Source: Klebsormidium nitens
Lineage: Eukaryota; Plantae; Klebsormidiophyceae
Assembly (NCBI GenBank): GCA_000708835.1
Contig: DF237735.1
Span: 1 to 32,822, forward strand
Length of the DNA: 32,822 nucleotides
Reading direction: 5' to 3'
Shown here: positions 12,801 to 24,404 of the stretch, piece after piece
Layout: each line of letters opens with the position of its first letter
How positions within the stretch are numbered: the first letter of the stretch is position 1
Made by a program: the position numbers and the translations under genes
The notes under the pieces: model-generated
The model's input: the letters and a program-made list of their open reading frames with translations, nothing else
Database searches by the model: none
What the model was told of the DNA's origin: nothing

Positions 12801-14458
12801 GATATGAAACCGAACAGGCTAAAGCTGGCTGATCACGAACCTCTACGGTAATATGGATTTTCTTGTGCGCTTTACCTACTTGGTCAGTGGTCTACTTGTG
12901 AATAGTGGGAAGCTCCTCAAGCTTCCAAAGTTCCTCACAGTGACTCCGCACAAGCAACTCCGTACGACGCCCCGACACGCGATGCTCCTTTTTCCAATTA
13001 CTGATTGTACTGTGGGGCTGCTACGAAACTTCAAAGGGTTTGGTTGCGGACCATGCCCGGTATGGGCAAAGAAAAGGAAAGATTAAGCGAAGGTTCGTAC
13101 ACTCACATGCGCGGTAAAGATGTCACTGTAGTCTGCCCAATAAGCAAAAAGCCCTACTTCCCATGTCACGCGAAGAACCTGAATACATGACACATAATTG
13201 ACCTGAGTAGTAAGAGGCTATGCATGCAGAAGACCGGATCTGCAAGGAGACCTACGTCTAAGTCGACGTACCTGACTGGAATGAGGGAATAATTGGCAAA
13301 AATTCCTCTCTGAGAGGAGCCCTGAAAGCGATGCAACTCTGCAGAAATTGCTTAGTCTGTCAGGAAAATCGCGTCGTGAGCTCTGAAAACACGGTCTTGC
13401 CAAGTATTTGCTGACATAAGCACACCCATTCAGAGGAGGGGTTGAGTTTGGCACCTTGGGTGACTGGACTGTTTGACGTCAGCCAAATTGAACCTCAGCA
13501 GAAGCGTGGCAGAAACAAGGTCAGCAACGGTCCATAGCACAAGGACTGGCGCCAGTATGTTCACAGATAAGAGGGTGGTGACTTAAATGCTTACCGCCCA
13601 TGTGGTATTCGGCATTCGATCCGCGGATTGGTACCCATTTGTGTGGACAACGTATCCCAGCTCGTCCAGCTATGTCGGCAGCCAGATTAAGGTTAGAAGC
13701 ATGATCGGAAGTCGAATCCTCAAGTCCTGCTCACATTTTCCAATGACGAGAACACTCGAGATCCACAAACAGGTCCCCAAACCAAGAGCTGCTTCGTCAG
13801 GTGACTCAAGCCTTAAAATCTTCTGAGCATTCGGAGATCCTCCTCAGACTGGCGGCTGAAACAACTCTTTGTAGAAAATGAGTTCCGTTGTAGCCTAAAG
13901 CTGCAAGCCAAGGCGGAGTTCAAGAAAACAACGAACCCGAGACTCCTAAGTCAGAAGCCGATACTCTTGATTTCAAGGCCACGATCCAGGGAATCAACTT
14001 ACCTCTACTGCCACCTTCTCCGGTTGAACCTCCTGGATGAGCATCCTGACGTCATCTCTGCTATCGGGTGACACATGAACTGTTCCGATCAGGTAAATTA
14101 CACATTCCGTCTCGGGGTTTTTCAGCACACGGACAAACGCCTTAGTCTCGTCCGGGAGCGACAGATTCCTCAACAGCTCTGGGCTTTCAAAAAGGGCACG
14201 TGCTTCGGGTTTGGTTCTGAAAACCTGGATGGCTTCTCTGAGCGGGAAGTCGCGGCTCAATATAGCTTCAACGGAGCGGTCTTGCGCTCTAGAGTCGGTA
14301 AGAGCTAACTTAGACGACTCATGCGGGGAGTGCTTAAGAGCTTCATGATTGGCTTGGTCAGTTGGAGAGTGAGTCGAAGATTGTGCTCCTGGAAGCCTGT
14401 CTCCGACTAATGCTGCTGAGGTCAGCTTGCCAATTCGGACGTGCAGCGAGGCAGCCAT
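9876..14458 (-). CDS. TRABD: TraB/PrgY/GumN-family (TRABD-like) protein, multi-exon
   Basis: Family motifs appear in order across exons: VIYLIGTVHVSPDSRDDVRMLIQEVQPEKVAVE (14458-14003), SLGVDYPCDLLSAVHTAHQTPGVKAIRLIDQ/DMSVTRAR (12706-12615 joined to 12271 onward), ALLGERDLYMAG (11417-11251), ELAQCSFMSKTIVAVVGAAHVPGIQKHF (10895-10722). A last exon (10139-9876) is Ala/Gly-rich and hydrophobic. Further exons: 12147-12086 (probable) and 11770-11614. Internal exons between 13670 and 12940 (candidates 13669-13595, ~13320-13272, 13178-13107, 13020-12939) are ambiguous. Confidence 0.82.
10422..10465. repeat. 22-bp tandem duplication (2 copies, 1 mismatch)
   Basis: atgcctcctatatgatcgaatg / atgcctccaatatgatcgaatg, within the last intron region of the TraB gene. 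Confidence 0.9.
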
Positions 14459-15187
14459 CTCATTGGCTTCCGTTGAGACACTGATGCTCTCGCAGCTGTC
14501 TCGTTTGCTGCGGTGCTCGCAATGAGATGCAAAGAGAACAGAGACGGAGAGTGGCAGCTTGATGGCAAAAACATTCTCAAGCGGTCCTCAAAAAGGTCCT
14601 CACCCGGTCCTCATTTCGACTCAAGCTGTCAATCAAAAGTGACCACCCAAGACTTAATCATCTTCTTCAAGTTCTTGCATTTGAGACTGCCACGGACCAT
14701 ATCTGCTGGAAGCTTTCGTCGATCCATGTGTCATCAGCAGCTTGTGTCCAACCACTACATTAATTGCTAAATCTGCTCAGTGGAGTGAGATCTATATGTG
14801 ACATGAGTATTTACACATGCCTATGCCATGATGGTCTATTTCGCCGGTAGGCCTCAAGTCATGGACGTGATTTGCGCGTCGGAGGGCTTTCATGTGACGT
14901 GCTCGTGGACACTAGACGAGCTGGACATGTGCCGAAGACAGGATGTCAGCTGGATATGTGAACTTCACTGACTCAATAAAGTCTGCCTCATCTCTTATAT
15001 TGCATTGGAATTTGCAGACGGCTCGGCCGATCACGGGGCCGGCGGCACCGTCAGCTGCATGCCAGTCAGCACTAGCTAGTGGCTCTGGCACTTGTATGCT
15101 GAGGGCACCGAACGCCCACCAACTCTATAATAGCTACTAGCAGCTGCCCGCTTGCATGATCCCTTAGAGCTCAGGTGGATTGTGGCG

Positions 15188-15213
15188 GGCTGCCACCCCG
15201 GGCTGCCACCCCG
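15188..15213. repeat. 13-bp perfect tandem duplication
   Basis: ggctgccaccccg x2 in the TraB/SVIP intergenic region. Confidence 0.9.
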
Positions 15214-15808
15214 GACAGGCTGATTGCTGTCAGCGCCCGTTTGTGCCTGACATGACACTACTTAGCTTAAAGCTCAATCGACTGTAGTCTGTGTAGTTAC
15301 TGGCAATGTCGGTTCACCTTCTCGACCGCGCGCGCAATAACAGCCGGGCACGGCCATGAGGGTTTGTTGAAGCAGCAAACCCAACGTTACCGCGGTGTCC
15401 GGATATCGAGACTTGAACCGTAATAGCTGAGTTGTATCAGCTCAATAGCAAGATCACCATTCCATTCTTCTCTCTCAAGCCGGTCTCCATTGGCGTTCAA
15501 CCCAGCATCCAATATTTGGAAGGCTGGCCAGCAACATTTTCGGGACGATAAAGTAGATACGAAATGCATAAGGCTTCCATTTACAGCAACCTGCAGCTGC
15601 CAGATCCGGAGTTGCTTTCAGCACAAGCGTCGCTACTCTCAGGGGTGACGGAGCGGTTGAATACCGCCTTCGGAAAGCTTCTGCGCAAGGCAAAGCGATT
15701 CTCGGAAGCACCCGCAGAGCAGGACTGAGAAAAGGGCTGCGGAAGATGACTCGAGCTCAATCGCGTTCACAATCCTTGTTGTTTCTGCCGGGTTTGTTCT
15801 TTTTACAG

Positions 15809-17826
15809 GTGCTACCTGGTATCTTTGTAGAAGCACCCCATCGTCAGATGATGAAGGCCAACATTCTCAAGAATCCAGGGATAATGCAGGGGAAAGTGAG
15901 AAAGAAGGCCACCGCCTGGGAGGCAGTCCTCCGGTTGACGGCGTAGATCCTCGCACAATGGCTGCAAGTGCAGCAACAGCGAGGTACGTGCAGCAAGTTG
16001 CACCTTCCAAGTCAAGTCTTTGGGGTTTGATCTGCTCCCTTTGATGCATGCAACAAGATGCCATAATCTAAAAATTGGGGACAAGCCAAGTCCTTCATGA
16101 GTGAGCTACCGACTCAGGCCACAAAATGTCACTGTGTCAGGAACGGATAGAACTGAAAAGCTGGTGTCTAAACCTGTACGTTCCGTATGTTCCGCTTGAA
16201 GTGACCCAATCGCTTGCATTTTACACTGCCGTCTCCCCCCAAAGAAAATGGAATTACTGTTGAGTTTCTGAACAGGTTGCGGAATTGACTAGAAAGTGTC
16301 CAGGAGCTACAAGTAGTTGTAGCCATCCTGCTTGGATTTGCCAGATGGGTAGCTTCAATCAGCAGGAATGCCTAGCCCAAAGTGGTGGAGCTGGACAAGC
16401 TAGGTTTTTGAACATGGGAAGCACTCTGCATCTCAATGTTCTGGGAGTAGGTCAGAATCCATTTGCTGTTAGCCGGCTTGATTGTCTTCTTCAAGAACTC
16501 TTAGTTGACTCTCTATTTTTGCAGAGTTAATAGAGTGCTTCACGGGACTGAAGAACACAATAATGAGTGCAAAAGTTCATATTTGGACTCTCCTTTATGT
16601 CACTTCTGCACCTTGCATGCTCTTGTCCGAATCTTGAATCTCGAGATACAGCATGTCTATATGTGGGAGTAGGTGGCAGGGTTGGTATCGTGCTTGCGCA
16701 GTTAACTTGAGACTTTATATAGACATGTGGGCAGTTCACTGAAGCCCGAGTGTCAGGCCGCTGCTTCTCAGTCTGCAGAGTCGCCCGTTCCCCAGACCAC
16801 TTTGAGCTTGCTCTAGGAATGTTGGCTGCTCCTCCATCAAAGCTGATCTTTTCCTCTGTGTTGTTAAAAGACACCTGGCAAAATTCAATTCCATATTTAA
16901 TGCAGCCCCGCAGATGCAGATGCAAGTGTTTGCCCTCTGCCGCTGAAAGTTGTCACCTTCGCTGTGCTCTGCCTTGATACACGTCTTACTTGCGTGAATG
17001 GATTGAATGCAGGCAGCAGGAGCATGCACAGACTCCCCAAGGGCGTGCTGCGCAGAAGGTCGCGGAGGCGGCGCAGAAGCAGGCACGTGAGGAGAAGGAA
17101 AAAGGAAGGCAAGACAGGAAGCCCGGGCCAGGTTTGCGAGTAAGGCGCTCACCCACTTTCTGGCGCTTTTTTGATAAACCCACTTGCGGATCACGCACGA
17201 CAGACTGCTTGATGGAGCGCGCCAGATGCACCGTTGACGTTTGCGTCCAGCTGATTATATTTTGCCTTAAAACCTCCCTGCTTGAGGAAGTGCACGCGGG
17301 ATGCAGAAGCAGAGCTTGCGATCCTCTGGGTAAGTGGCTTGCTTTAAGCAAAGTGCTCGGACTTGGAGATTTAGGTCCACGTAACATTCAGAAAGTTGCA
17401 AGCTTCGGGGGCTTAGCGTCAGACTGCGACGCAACACTTCGACACTTCGGCATACATCATAGTCAATCCAAGTTTCGATGTGCGTTCTCCAGGTTCATTC
17501 AACTTGTAGTTGGCTGCCGGAGAGTGCGCAGTGAATCCTCCGCTGATCATCTTCGCACGTACTCCAGAAAAACGAGTAGTGCAAGCAGGCACCACTGGCT
17601 CGCTCCAAGCGGTTAAATCTATATAGAACACGATCCACACAGAGATGTCAGAGTCGATTGCAGTCTTTGATGAATTTGATTGTCTGCCGTACGCAAATGA
17701 TCGTCTGCCGTACGCAGACACAATCTTGCTCTATGCAGACAAGAACCGTGTCCGCATACGGCTGGACGGCTGTACTTCCGCTTACAGTTTTGCCTGCTTT
17801 CCTTGTAGTGGACGACTGGGCGTTGA
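15809..17826 (+). CDS. SVIP: SVIP-like small VCP/p97(Cdc48)-interacting protein; first coding exon not located
   Basis: Exons 15809-15983, 17013-17139 and 17809-17826 splice in frame (GT-AG) to give (G)ATWYLCRSTPSSDDEG...EGHRLGGSPPVDGVDPRTMAASAATARQQEH...GPGLRWTTGR*. It contains the VIM consensus R-x5-AA-x2-R (RTMAASAATAR), a G-x-RLGG motif and the SVIP-type C-terminal GLRW. Confidence 0.75.
17682..17716. repeat. 21-bp-period duplication
   Basis: gtctgccgtacgca at 17682-17695 and 17703-17716, in the last SVIP intron. Confidence 0.85.
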
Positions 17827-20396
17827 AAGCCGTCTTGGGAGCAGTCCATCATCGTGGAACCGTCTGCACTCGTGGCATCTTTCTGCTGGCGCCTGTCCTC
17901 TTCCACATTGCGCTGCTCGCTGCGGGATCGTTGCTAGCTTTGGCGGGCGTCAAGTAAATGATCGAAGATCTGGCATCTTTGTGAGGCAGCAGTTCGTCGC
18001 CTTTACCTAGATATACACTGGTCGCTACTCAAAAAGGGTCGTCGCCTAGCCACGCCATTGGTCAAGGCGTCCGTCGCATTCCAGGCTGGAAAGAGACAGC
18101 TCGCCCAACGCTTAAGCGAAGACCACGTCGAGTGTACACTTCGCTCGCGTGCCCCTAGCTGGTAACATAGACAGAGTTGCCTCCATAATCATTACGTTAC
18201 CTTGAACCAGCGCCCAGCTGGCAGCTAGCTGGCGCCTGTACGGTATATGTAATCATCGCCAACTTACTACCTATACTTCCCCAGTTGATTCTCAACTATT
18301 TACTGCCGGTTCAAGTTCTCATGCATGATCTAATGCTTGTAGCTAATCAGCTCCGCAATTACCTCGCTCCCTCAAGAGCGAGCTGGCGGCCTTTCCGACT
18401 CAGCTAGAAGACTCTGGCGCCACGACTCTACCAAGTCTGCCGGGTTCCATGGCCTCCATAACATTATTGCATAACAACCATTTCTGCGCTGCCGTTAGAT
18501 ACGATCAATTCAAAGGCAGTGGCAGCTTTTCAGATGTCAGTGTCAGAATTAAGGCCGGACTCAGTGCACATGTGCAGTGGCCTACCTAGCTGCATGAGGC
18601 GGCGGCATATCACGTCCTGATGAGTCAGTAAAGGCCACGTGATTGCCATCTGGTGCACTTGGCCTGCGGCGCCGCCTGCATGGAAGGCGGCTAGCTGTAT
18701 CCCCGCGGCGCTGCATATATCGCGCCGGCCCAGAATGATTTGGGACGTTCGGATCATGGAGCCGCGGAATCTAGGTTCAGATGGACCAATGAAGCAATCA
18801 AACGTATCAAGTGATCGCGTGGCCGCTGGTTTGCAGCCGCCGCGATCAAATAATTACATCTGTTCTTGTGATTAAATGTAAACGGAACGTAGCGTTGCAT
18901 ATCCCGTACTGTATGATTTGGCGTGCCGTTAACATTCACTCAAAGTGCACGCAAGCGAGATTTCACTTGACTCGATAGAAGTCCGTTTGATCGGACTCCA
19001 AAACGGTCTGGGCAATGCATGATCATGATTGAGCAATCAGCCGGGCCGCGAGACGGTATCTTAATAGTTTAGCTAGGTCAATGGCCAGCCTGTGTTGCAT
19101 GTCCTAATCAGATTTAGTAGTACGGCACTATAGCCTTACACTGATGATACTGCCGCCCAGCAACTTTTCTATGAGATTTTCGTTGGGCCAGCTAGCGTTA
19201 CCTGCCAAGAACATTAAGTCAAGTTAATTTGGCATGCATGCTGCCTCTTTGATGTACAAAGACAGTTGATGCGTCATGATTTTAGCCGGGCATGTCGCAT
19301 GCGCGCCGGCTGCTGATAGCTCATCCAATTGGATGATTCGGTTGCTTGATTTGCAAGTATGTTGGTCCTGCCCATAGTTTCAAACAGGTCTGCCGAAGTG
19401 GAGATCTGCCTCCTTGCGGGACCACGCTGGCCGTCCTCTCTCAAAATCTCGATCAACGTCATATCGGGAAGCAACCAAAGAAACTTTCCAACTTGTGCTG
19501 ACATGTTTTCAGACACGAAGTTCCGGCAGAGCATGCATAACCAGCGTGACCAACCTATCTGTCACGCAACATGCCTTAAGTCCAGTCGAAACAAGAGGAC
19601 TCAGAATCGTGAGAGCTCTCGATTGTCGATTGGCGAGTGTCGCATTGGAAAGGATTTCGCGACACAAGGGGTCTTGGCTTCCCTGATGAGCTCTTCCATC
19701 ACTAACCGTTAAGTTCGATCCACCTCCCAGCTCAGGCGCCGTTTGTCGCCCTACTGGCGGCCCATCGCTTGAGCGAGCCTGCACACAGATTGAACTGCTA
19801 TCGATGTCAAGCTGAAGTTACGCCGTTGCCGGAATTTTCATGTGAGCGGCTGGGGGCCTCGCTTTCAGTTCAAAGCAGTAATCGTTTTGGTGGGCCGTTC
19901 CGAGTATCTAAACAAAATCATGCGGAATTAATTGCTGGATTGAGAGTCCCGTCTCACTGAGCGCAGAGATTCGAAGGTCGATGGCTACTCAAAAGTCAGG
20001 CGCGGCGCTGAAGACCTAGTCGATGAAGACCAGCCTGAGGTTGCAGAACAGTGAAGAGGAAAAAGGATACGTTGAGAATCCAACGTAGGGGAGCTGAGCC
20101 CAGCATCCGCACTCTGTCACAGGTTTTGCCCCTATTGGGCTTTCTGCTTCAAACCCATGAAGCAGAAAGCCCAATTTCAAAGTCATCCAAAAAAACTTAC
20201 GCAAATTTTAAGCTCCGAACTTGCTACATCAACGTGTTGCCGCCCCCCAGATCAACCCTCTTGAAATCAGATAACATAGCAAGATGTCCCAAAACAACCT
20301 CCCTGACGTGTTGAGTGTGTTTGAAAGAATGCTCCATGATGGGCAAGTTAGTCTCGAGCTTCCATTTGCATGTGGTCACGTCAAAGAAGCGCCCAC

Positions 20397-20852
20397 TTAC
20401 GCGTCAAAAGTCCCCAGCGCCTTCGTGAATGCCTCCACCTGCTCTGCAAATTCCTCGTAGAGGCTCTCCGTCATGGCTACCGTCACCCCCGCCTGGTCGA
20501 CTGCTTCCGCTGACGTGTCACAGTCTCCAAAGCGCCGCCGGCACTGCTCCATCTTCTTCAGCCCTGCTTTCTTGTATTTTTCAGCAAGTCTAAACTGTAC
20601 CTCCGTCTCCTCCTTGTATCGAATGACCCTCAGGTTGTACCGTGAAGCTCGTGCAAAGTCACCCGCGTCCCTTGCTGCTTTAGCTCTTGCAAGTGCAGCC
20701 CCTGACTTGGCCCAAACCTCTTTTGCCTTCTCCACACACGAGTAGATCCTATCTTCGTACTCCATGAGCGAAGCACTTTCAGTAAGGGGAGTTGCCCTGG
20801 AATTGGCAATGACGCCTACGACAGCGGACACGAAGGCGACGATACCTGCCAT
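20397..20852 (-). CDS. Hypothetical helical protein with N-terminal hydrophobic segment; DUF1771-like helical hairpin
   Basis: 151-aa ORF with protein-like composition. It has hydrophobic AGIVAFVSAVVGVIA followed by a helical segment AKEVWAKSGAALARAKAARDAGDFARASRY resembling the A..A...GD...A pattern of DUF1771 (recognised by eye). It may have upstream exons. Confidence 0.6.
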   Translation of the reverse strand: MAGIVAFVSAVVGVIANSRATPLTESASLMEYEDRIYSCVEKAKEVWAKSGAALARAKAARDAGDFARASRYNLRVIRYKEETEVQFRLAEKYKKAGLKKMEQCRRRFGDCDTSAEAVDQAGVTVAMTESLYEEFAEQVEAFTKALGTFDA

Positions 20853-21519
20853 GCGGACGTCCGGTCTTGTTGCTCCCGTCTTGCTGCTGTCCTTTCCTCC
20901 CCGCTTTCCTTACGTCGTGAACAAAGCAGGTGGCACTGAGAGCGACCAGATATTCAGCAACGCGACACAAATATGCCTCTGTATTCCTCTTGATAGCCGG
21001 GGTGGAAGATCCTCGACACTGGCTATCTATGTCTGGCCACCCCTTCATCCTCCTTTGGTGCAGTTCTAACGTCGACTTACCTCAGGTGAAAGTCAGCCTG
21101 CATGGACATGTAGCAAATGCTGCACATGCAAGTGGATGGTCACATCTGGAAGATGCGTGAGCAGTCATATCAAGCAACCGGTATGCTGGTGCCAACGGCC
21201 CAATCAGTTGGAGCGAGGCATTCGTGTCCGGCGGTGAAATTCACGGGACTAGTAGTCACATCACAGCTGTATCAAGAAAGTGGTCTGCGGCGAATGACCA
21301 GGGAACGACCACGATGGATTTCAAAGCTTGAATGCATTGTCCCCGCATAGTTCAATCCATCACTGTGTCAATGGAATGAAGCTCTTAGGCATTCATGCAC
21401 CGTATCAGCAAATGCTGTCGACTTCTGCGAACTCGACTAGTTCGTCTTCTAACCAAAAGCGAAACATATTTTGCCAATCTCGGCTATCGTTAGAAGAGCT
21501 TTGAAATGGATAGAATCAC

Positions 21520-21705
21520 AGAGTTCTTGAAATCCGCGAAGTGTCGTTCAAATCGGGTGTAGATTTCATCGTCACTTGGCAGGGAAGGGTTCACTAGTCC
21601 AGCCGAGTTGCAGATATAGCACCGTCTGCATGCAGGGAAATCGCTTGCGTGAAAAGCTTCTGAGAAGCTTCCGTCATCTGAGGCATCAGGATGTGTACTT
21701 GGCAT
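21520..21705 (-). CDS. Probable coding exon with CxxCxxC (CRRCYIC) motif, hypothetical
   Basis: ORF MPSTHPDASDDGSF...PACRRCYICNSAGLVNPSLPSDDEIYTRFERHFADFKNS ends at a phase-0 GTGATT donor (21519). Composition is protein-like. It may be the first exon of the 20397-20852 gene. Confidence 0.4.
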
Positions 21706-22505
21706 GGCATTTGAAGGCTCATTCAGCACTGCGCCGTGCTCAATGAATTGACATGAGACTCATGAGGATGGAGGTCGTGGAGGAGTTGGCAACTTCAAGA
21801 AGTTGGATCTCGGAGTCAGCGAGTGTGAGCGCGCTAACTAACTGGCATGAGCTCATTTTGCTAGCTGCACATGTCATACAGCTCATGTATGCTGAATGAG
21901 GGCTAAATGGTTACTCTTTGGACGGCAAGTAATGTGACCGCCAATGGTGGCCGGCGGTTTTGAAGATCGTGGCTCCGCACTCAAATTTACGAAATCAAAG
22001 CCGCTTGATCAGAAACTCGCCCGTTCATGGATCCGGACTGGCAAGTTTACGAATGGCTGCAGAGCAGAGCGGTGCCAGCATTCTATTAGTATCATTGTTC
22101 AATGAGAGCGGACTAGTGCCGACTCCCGAGGTACGTTAAAGAAAGATTGAGAGTGCCAGCTATGCTGTCATGCAAAGAGTAGTATCCTGCGGAACTTCGG
22201 CCGGCCAGCATGTATCCATCATTAGATGCTAATACCGTACATATCCTCCTGTAGCCGTCGATAATGATGCACGGGCGGCAGACAATTACCAACAGCGGCG
22301 GTTCGGATTCACTTAGCCGTGTACCGTTCAGTACATATACTGGTACTCTGTAGATGGAAATTTTTGGAGGCTGAAACAGATTGTTGTACACTGTACATAC
22401 GCCGTACGGACGGTGCGTCACGGTCGAGGCCTGGCTGGAGTCGGATTGGCCGGACCAAACGCCCCAGGTAAATTGGTTTGCATCCTGAACCATGTGCCAG
22501 CAGCC

Positions 22506-22604
22506 AAACCCCTAATTGCCCCAAGCCGGAGATTGGTGAAATCAAACCTCCGAAGGGTCTTGTTTGAAACTCTTGAATTTTGGGTTGGGGCAACAAGGGG
22601 TTTA
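22506..22604. repeat. Imperfect inverted repeat / 99-bp hairpin
   Basis: Left arm aaacccctaattgccccaa (22506-22524) and right arm ttggggcaacaaggggttt (22586-22604) are complementary at 17/19 positions. An inner tcaaac/gtttga pair is also present. Confidence 0.7.
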
Positions 22605-23474
22605 GGAGCTATTCTGACCTATTTTAGGAGGGTTAATCAGGCAAGTTTGCTTTAACCATTTAATAACCAAGGACTATACCCAATTTACAGGCCAACCGGG
22701 GTGCACACTATTAGCTCGGGACACTTCTTGATGCAATCTTGACCGTCCAGTTGAACCAAAAGCTCATCGGACGGCTTGGAACATGGTTTCGGCACTCTGA
22801 GTGGGGTTTGGTCCCCCTGGGCCGGCCGGTGACTCGGTGTGAGTCAGCGGCGGTGGCGCGGCCGCACTCGGTTCAAATGGCTGTACAGGCCATTAGGCTC
22901 TGCCAATCCCAGTGACATCCAGTAGTGTACCTAAGTGTACCATTTGTACAAATGTTGTCCTGTCGGGGAAAACTGGAAGTTCTGAAGTTTCCGAGTCCTT
23001 GCAGCAATGAAGAGAAGTACTGGACTCCCTCTCTCTACCGCCGAGTTCCCTTCGAGCAGCACTGCTGCCAATCACAGTCACTGGTTCAGTCAATTAGGAG
23101 CTGTGGTAAAAGTCCAATGTTGATATGTTCAAAACACTATAATTATTACCCATTTTTTGATCTTTTTGGCTCCTCATGATCACGCGAACAATCTATGCTG
23201 ACTGGCAATCAGTTGCAGTATGCAACGGTCTGATCAGATGCATATTGCAGCACGTATTTGTTACAATGTATCTTCGGTATTTGAAAAGCTGAGGTCACAG
23301 TTGCCCACTTTATTGTTGCATGATCACAGCTATATACCAGAAGGGAGCCACCTTTAGTCCTTTAAGTAAAGCGGGTACGTGATAAATTTGGCAGCACGTC
23401 AATCGCAGACGGCAGCTAGCGCATGTTATCGTTGGCGCAGATCTTGCTGCTGAACGAGCTCATCACGACTAATC

Positions 23475-24404
23475 ATGATGGATAATGATCCAAAATTCCC
23501 AATCAGGGAGGGCTCAGATACACGCCTCAAGTTATACGGTTTGCTGCTTCTGCCGGCAGGATTCCAAGCGATTTGGAGGGTTCTCCCTTCAAAATGGGCT
23601 GAAGTGGTCATGTTCTGGAAAGAGTTTGACGAGTATCCCAATGATTATGCTGTTGGCAATTGGAGACAAGGATTTGGGCTGGCCATTGAGGATTGTGAAG
23701 GTTCGGTTCTTGAACTCACGTCCAATGGGACCAGGTGGTTGACGAAACTTTTCAATCTGATGCGCACCAATGTGGCAAACCCGTCTTCTCCAGAACCTGC
23801 TTTGAGCGTTGAGGGTTACAAGGTGAGAAGGAGCGGAGCAATCAGGCAGCGTGAGTCCAGAGCATTCAATGATCGGTCCTTCATCTTCTATCTAAAAGCT
23901 CACGTGCTAGTGGTTATGCTGCCACAGGAAGGAGCAGGAGCACACATCTGCTGGAGCTCTTCAGGCTCGGTATTCTCAAAGTCTACTTTCACCTCATGCT
24001 AAGTGGCAAATTGGGTTCCTCCCCTCAAAAGATACTCGATTGTACATGTAGCTTCATTGCTGATCGTTGCTACGACTGGTTCACTCACGATTTCTCTGAA
24101 GCTTGCGAGATAACCTGCCTGCATAGTCTCAAAATCTGCATAATGCGCCTGATCACTTGATCACTTCCTTCCCTACGCTCAGGTGTTAGCTGGAGCTGTT
24201 GGAAGGAAGTCAAGACGAGCTGACTGGTGGGCGCGTACGGGAGCTGACCTTGTCGGTTTCCTTGAAATGCACGAAGCTCTTCTCAGCTCCGAGGATCTTG
24301 AGGAGACGGACAACAGATTCGAGCAGACGTGGAACGTAGGTGGCAGAGTGTCACTCCTGGTTTTCCACACTGGTAGCAACCGAAGGCGCTGGCTCTTGCC
24401 ATGA
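23475..24404 (+). CDS. Hypothetical protein (2-3 exons), no recognised family
   Basis: Exon 23475-23822 ends at AAG|GTGAGA (phase 0) and joins CTCAG|GTG at 24183-24404 in frame. A possible 42-nt middle exon lies at 23928-23969. The product is Trp-rich (WAEVVMFWKEFDEYPNDYAVGNW; DWWARTG). Confidence 0.55.

Noticed and set aside
16527-17616. Long ORFs 16527-16925 (-), 16736-17194 (-), 16986-17387 (-) and 16990-17616 (+)
   Set aside because: Apart from 17013-17139 (SVIP exon), they lie in SVIP introns or antisense to the exon, with no family motifs.
18671-18694. 7-bp hairpin (gccgcct/aggcggc) abutting CTAG, like a Helitron 3' end
   Set aside because: Helitron hairpins usually sit about 10 nt before CTRR. 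Here they overlap and no 5' TC end could be matched.
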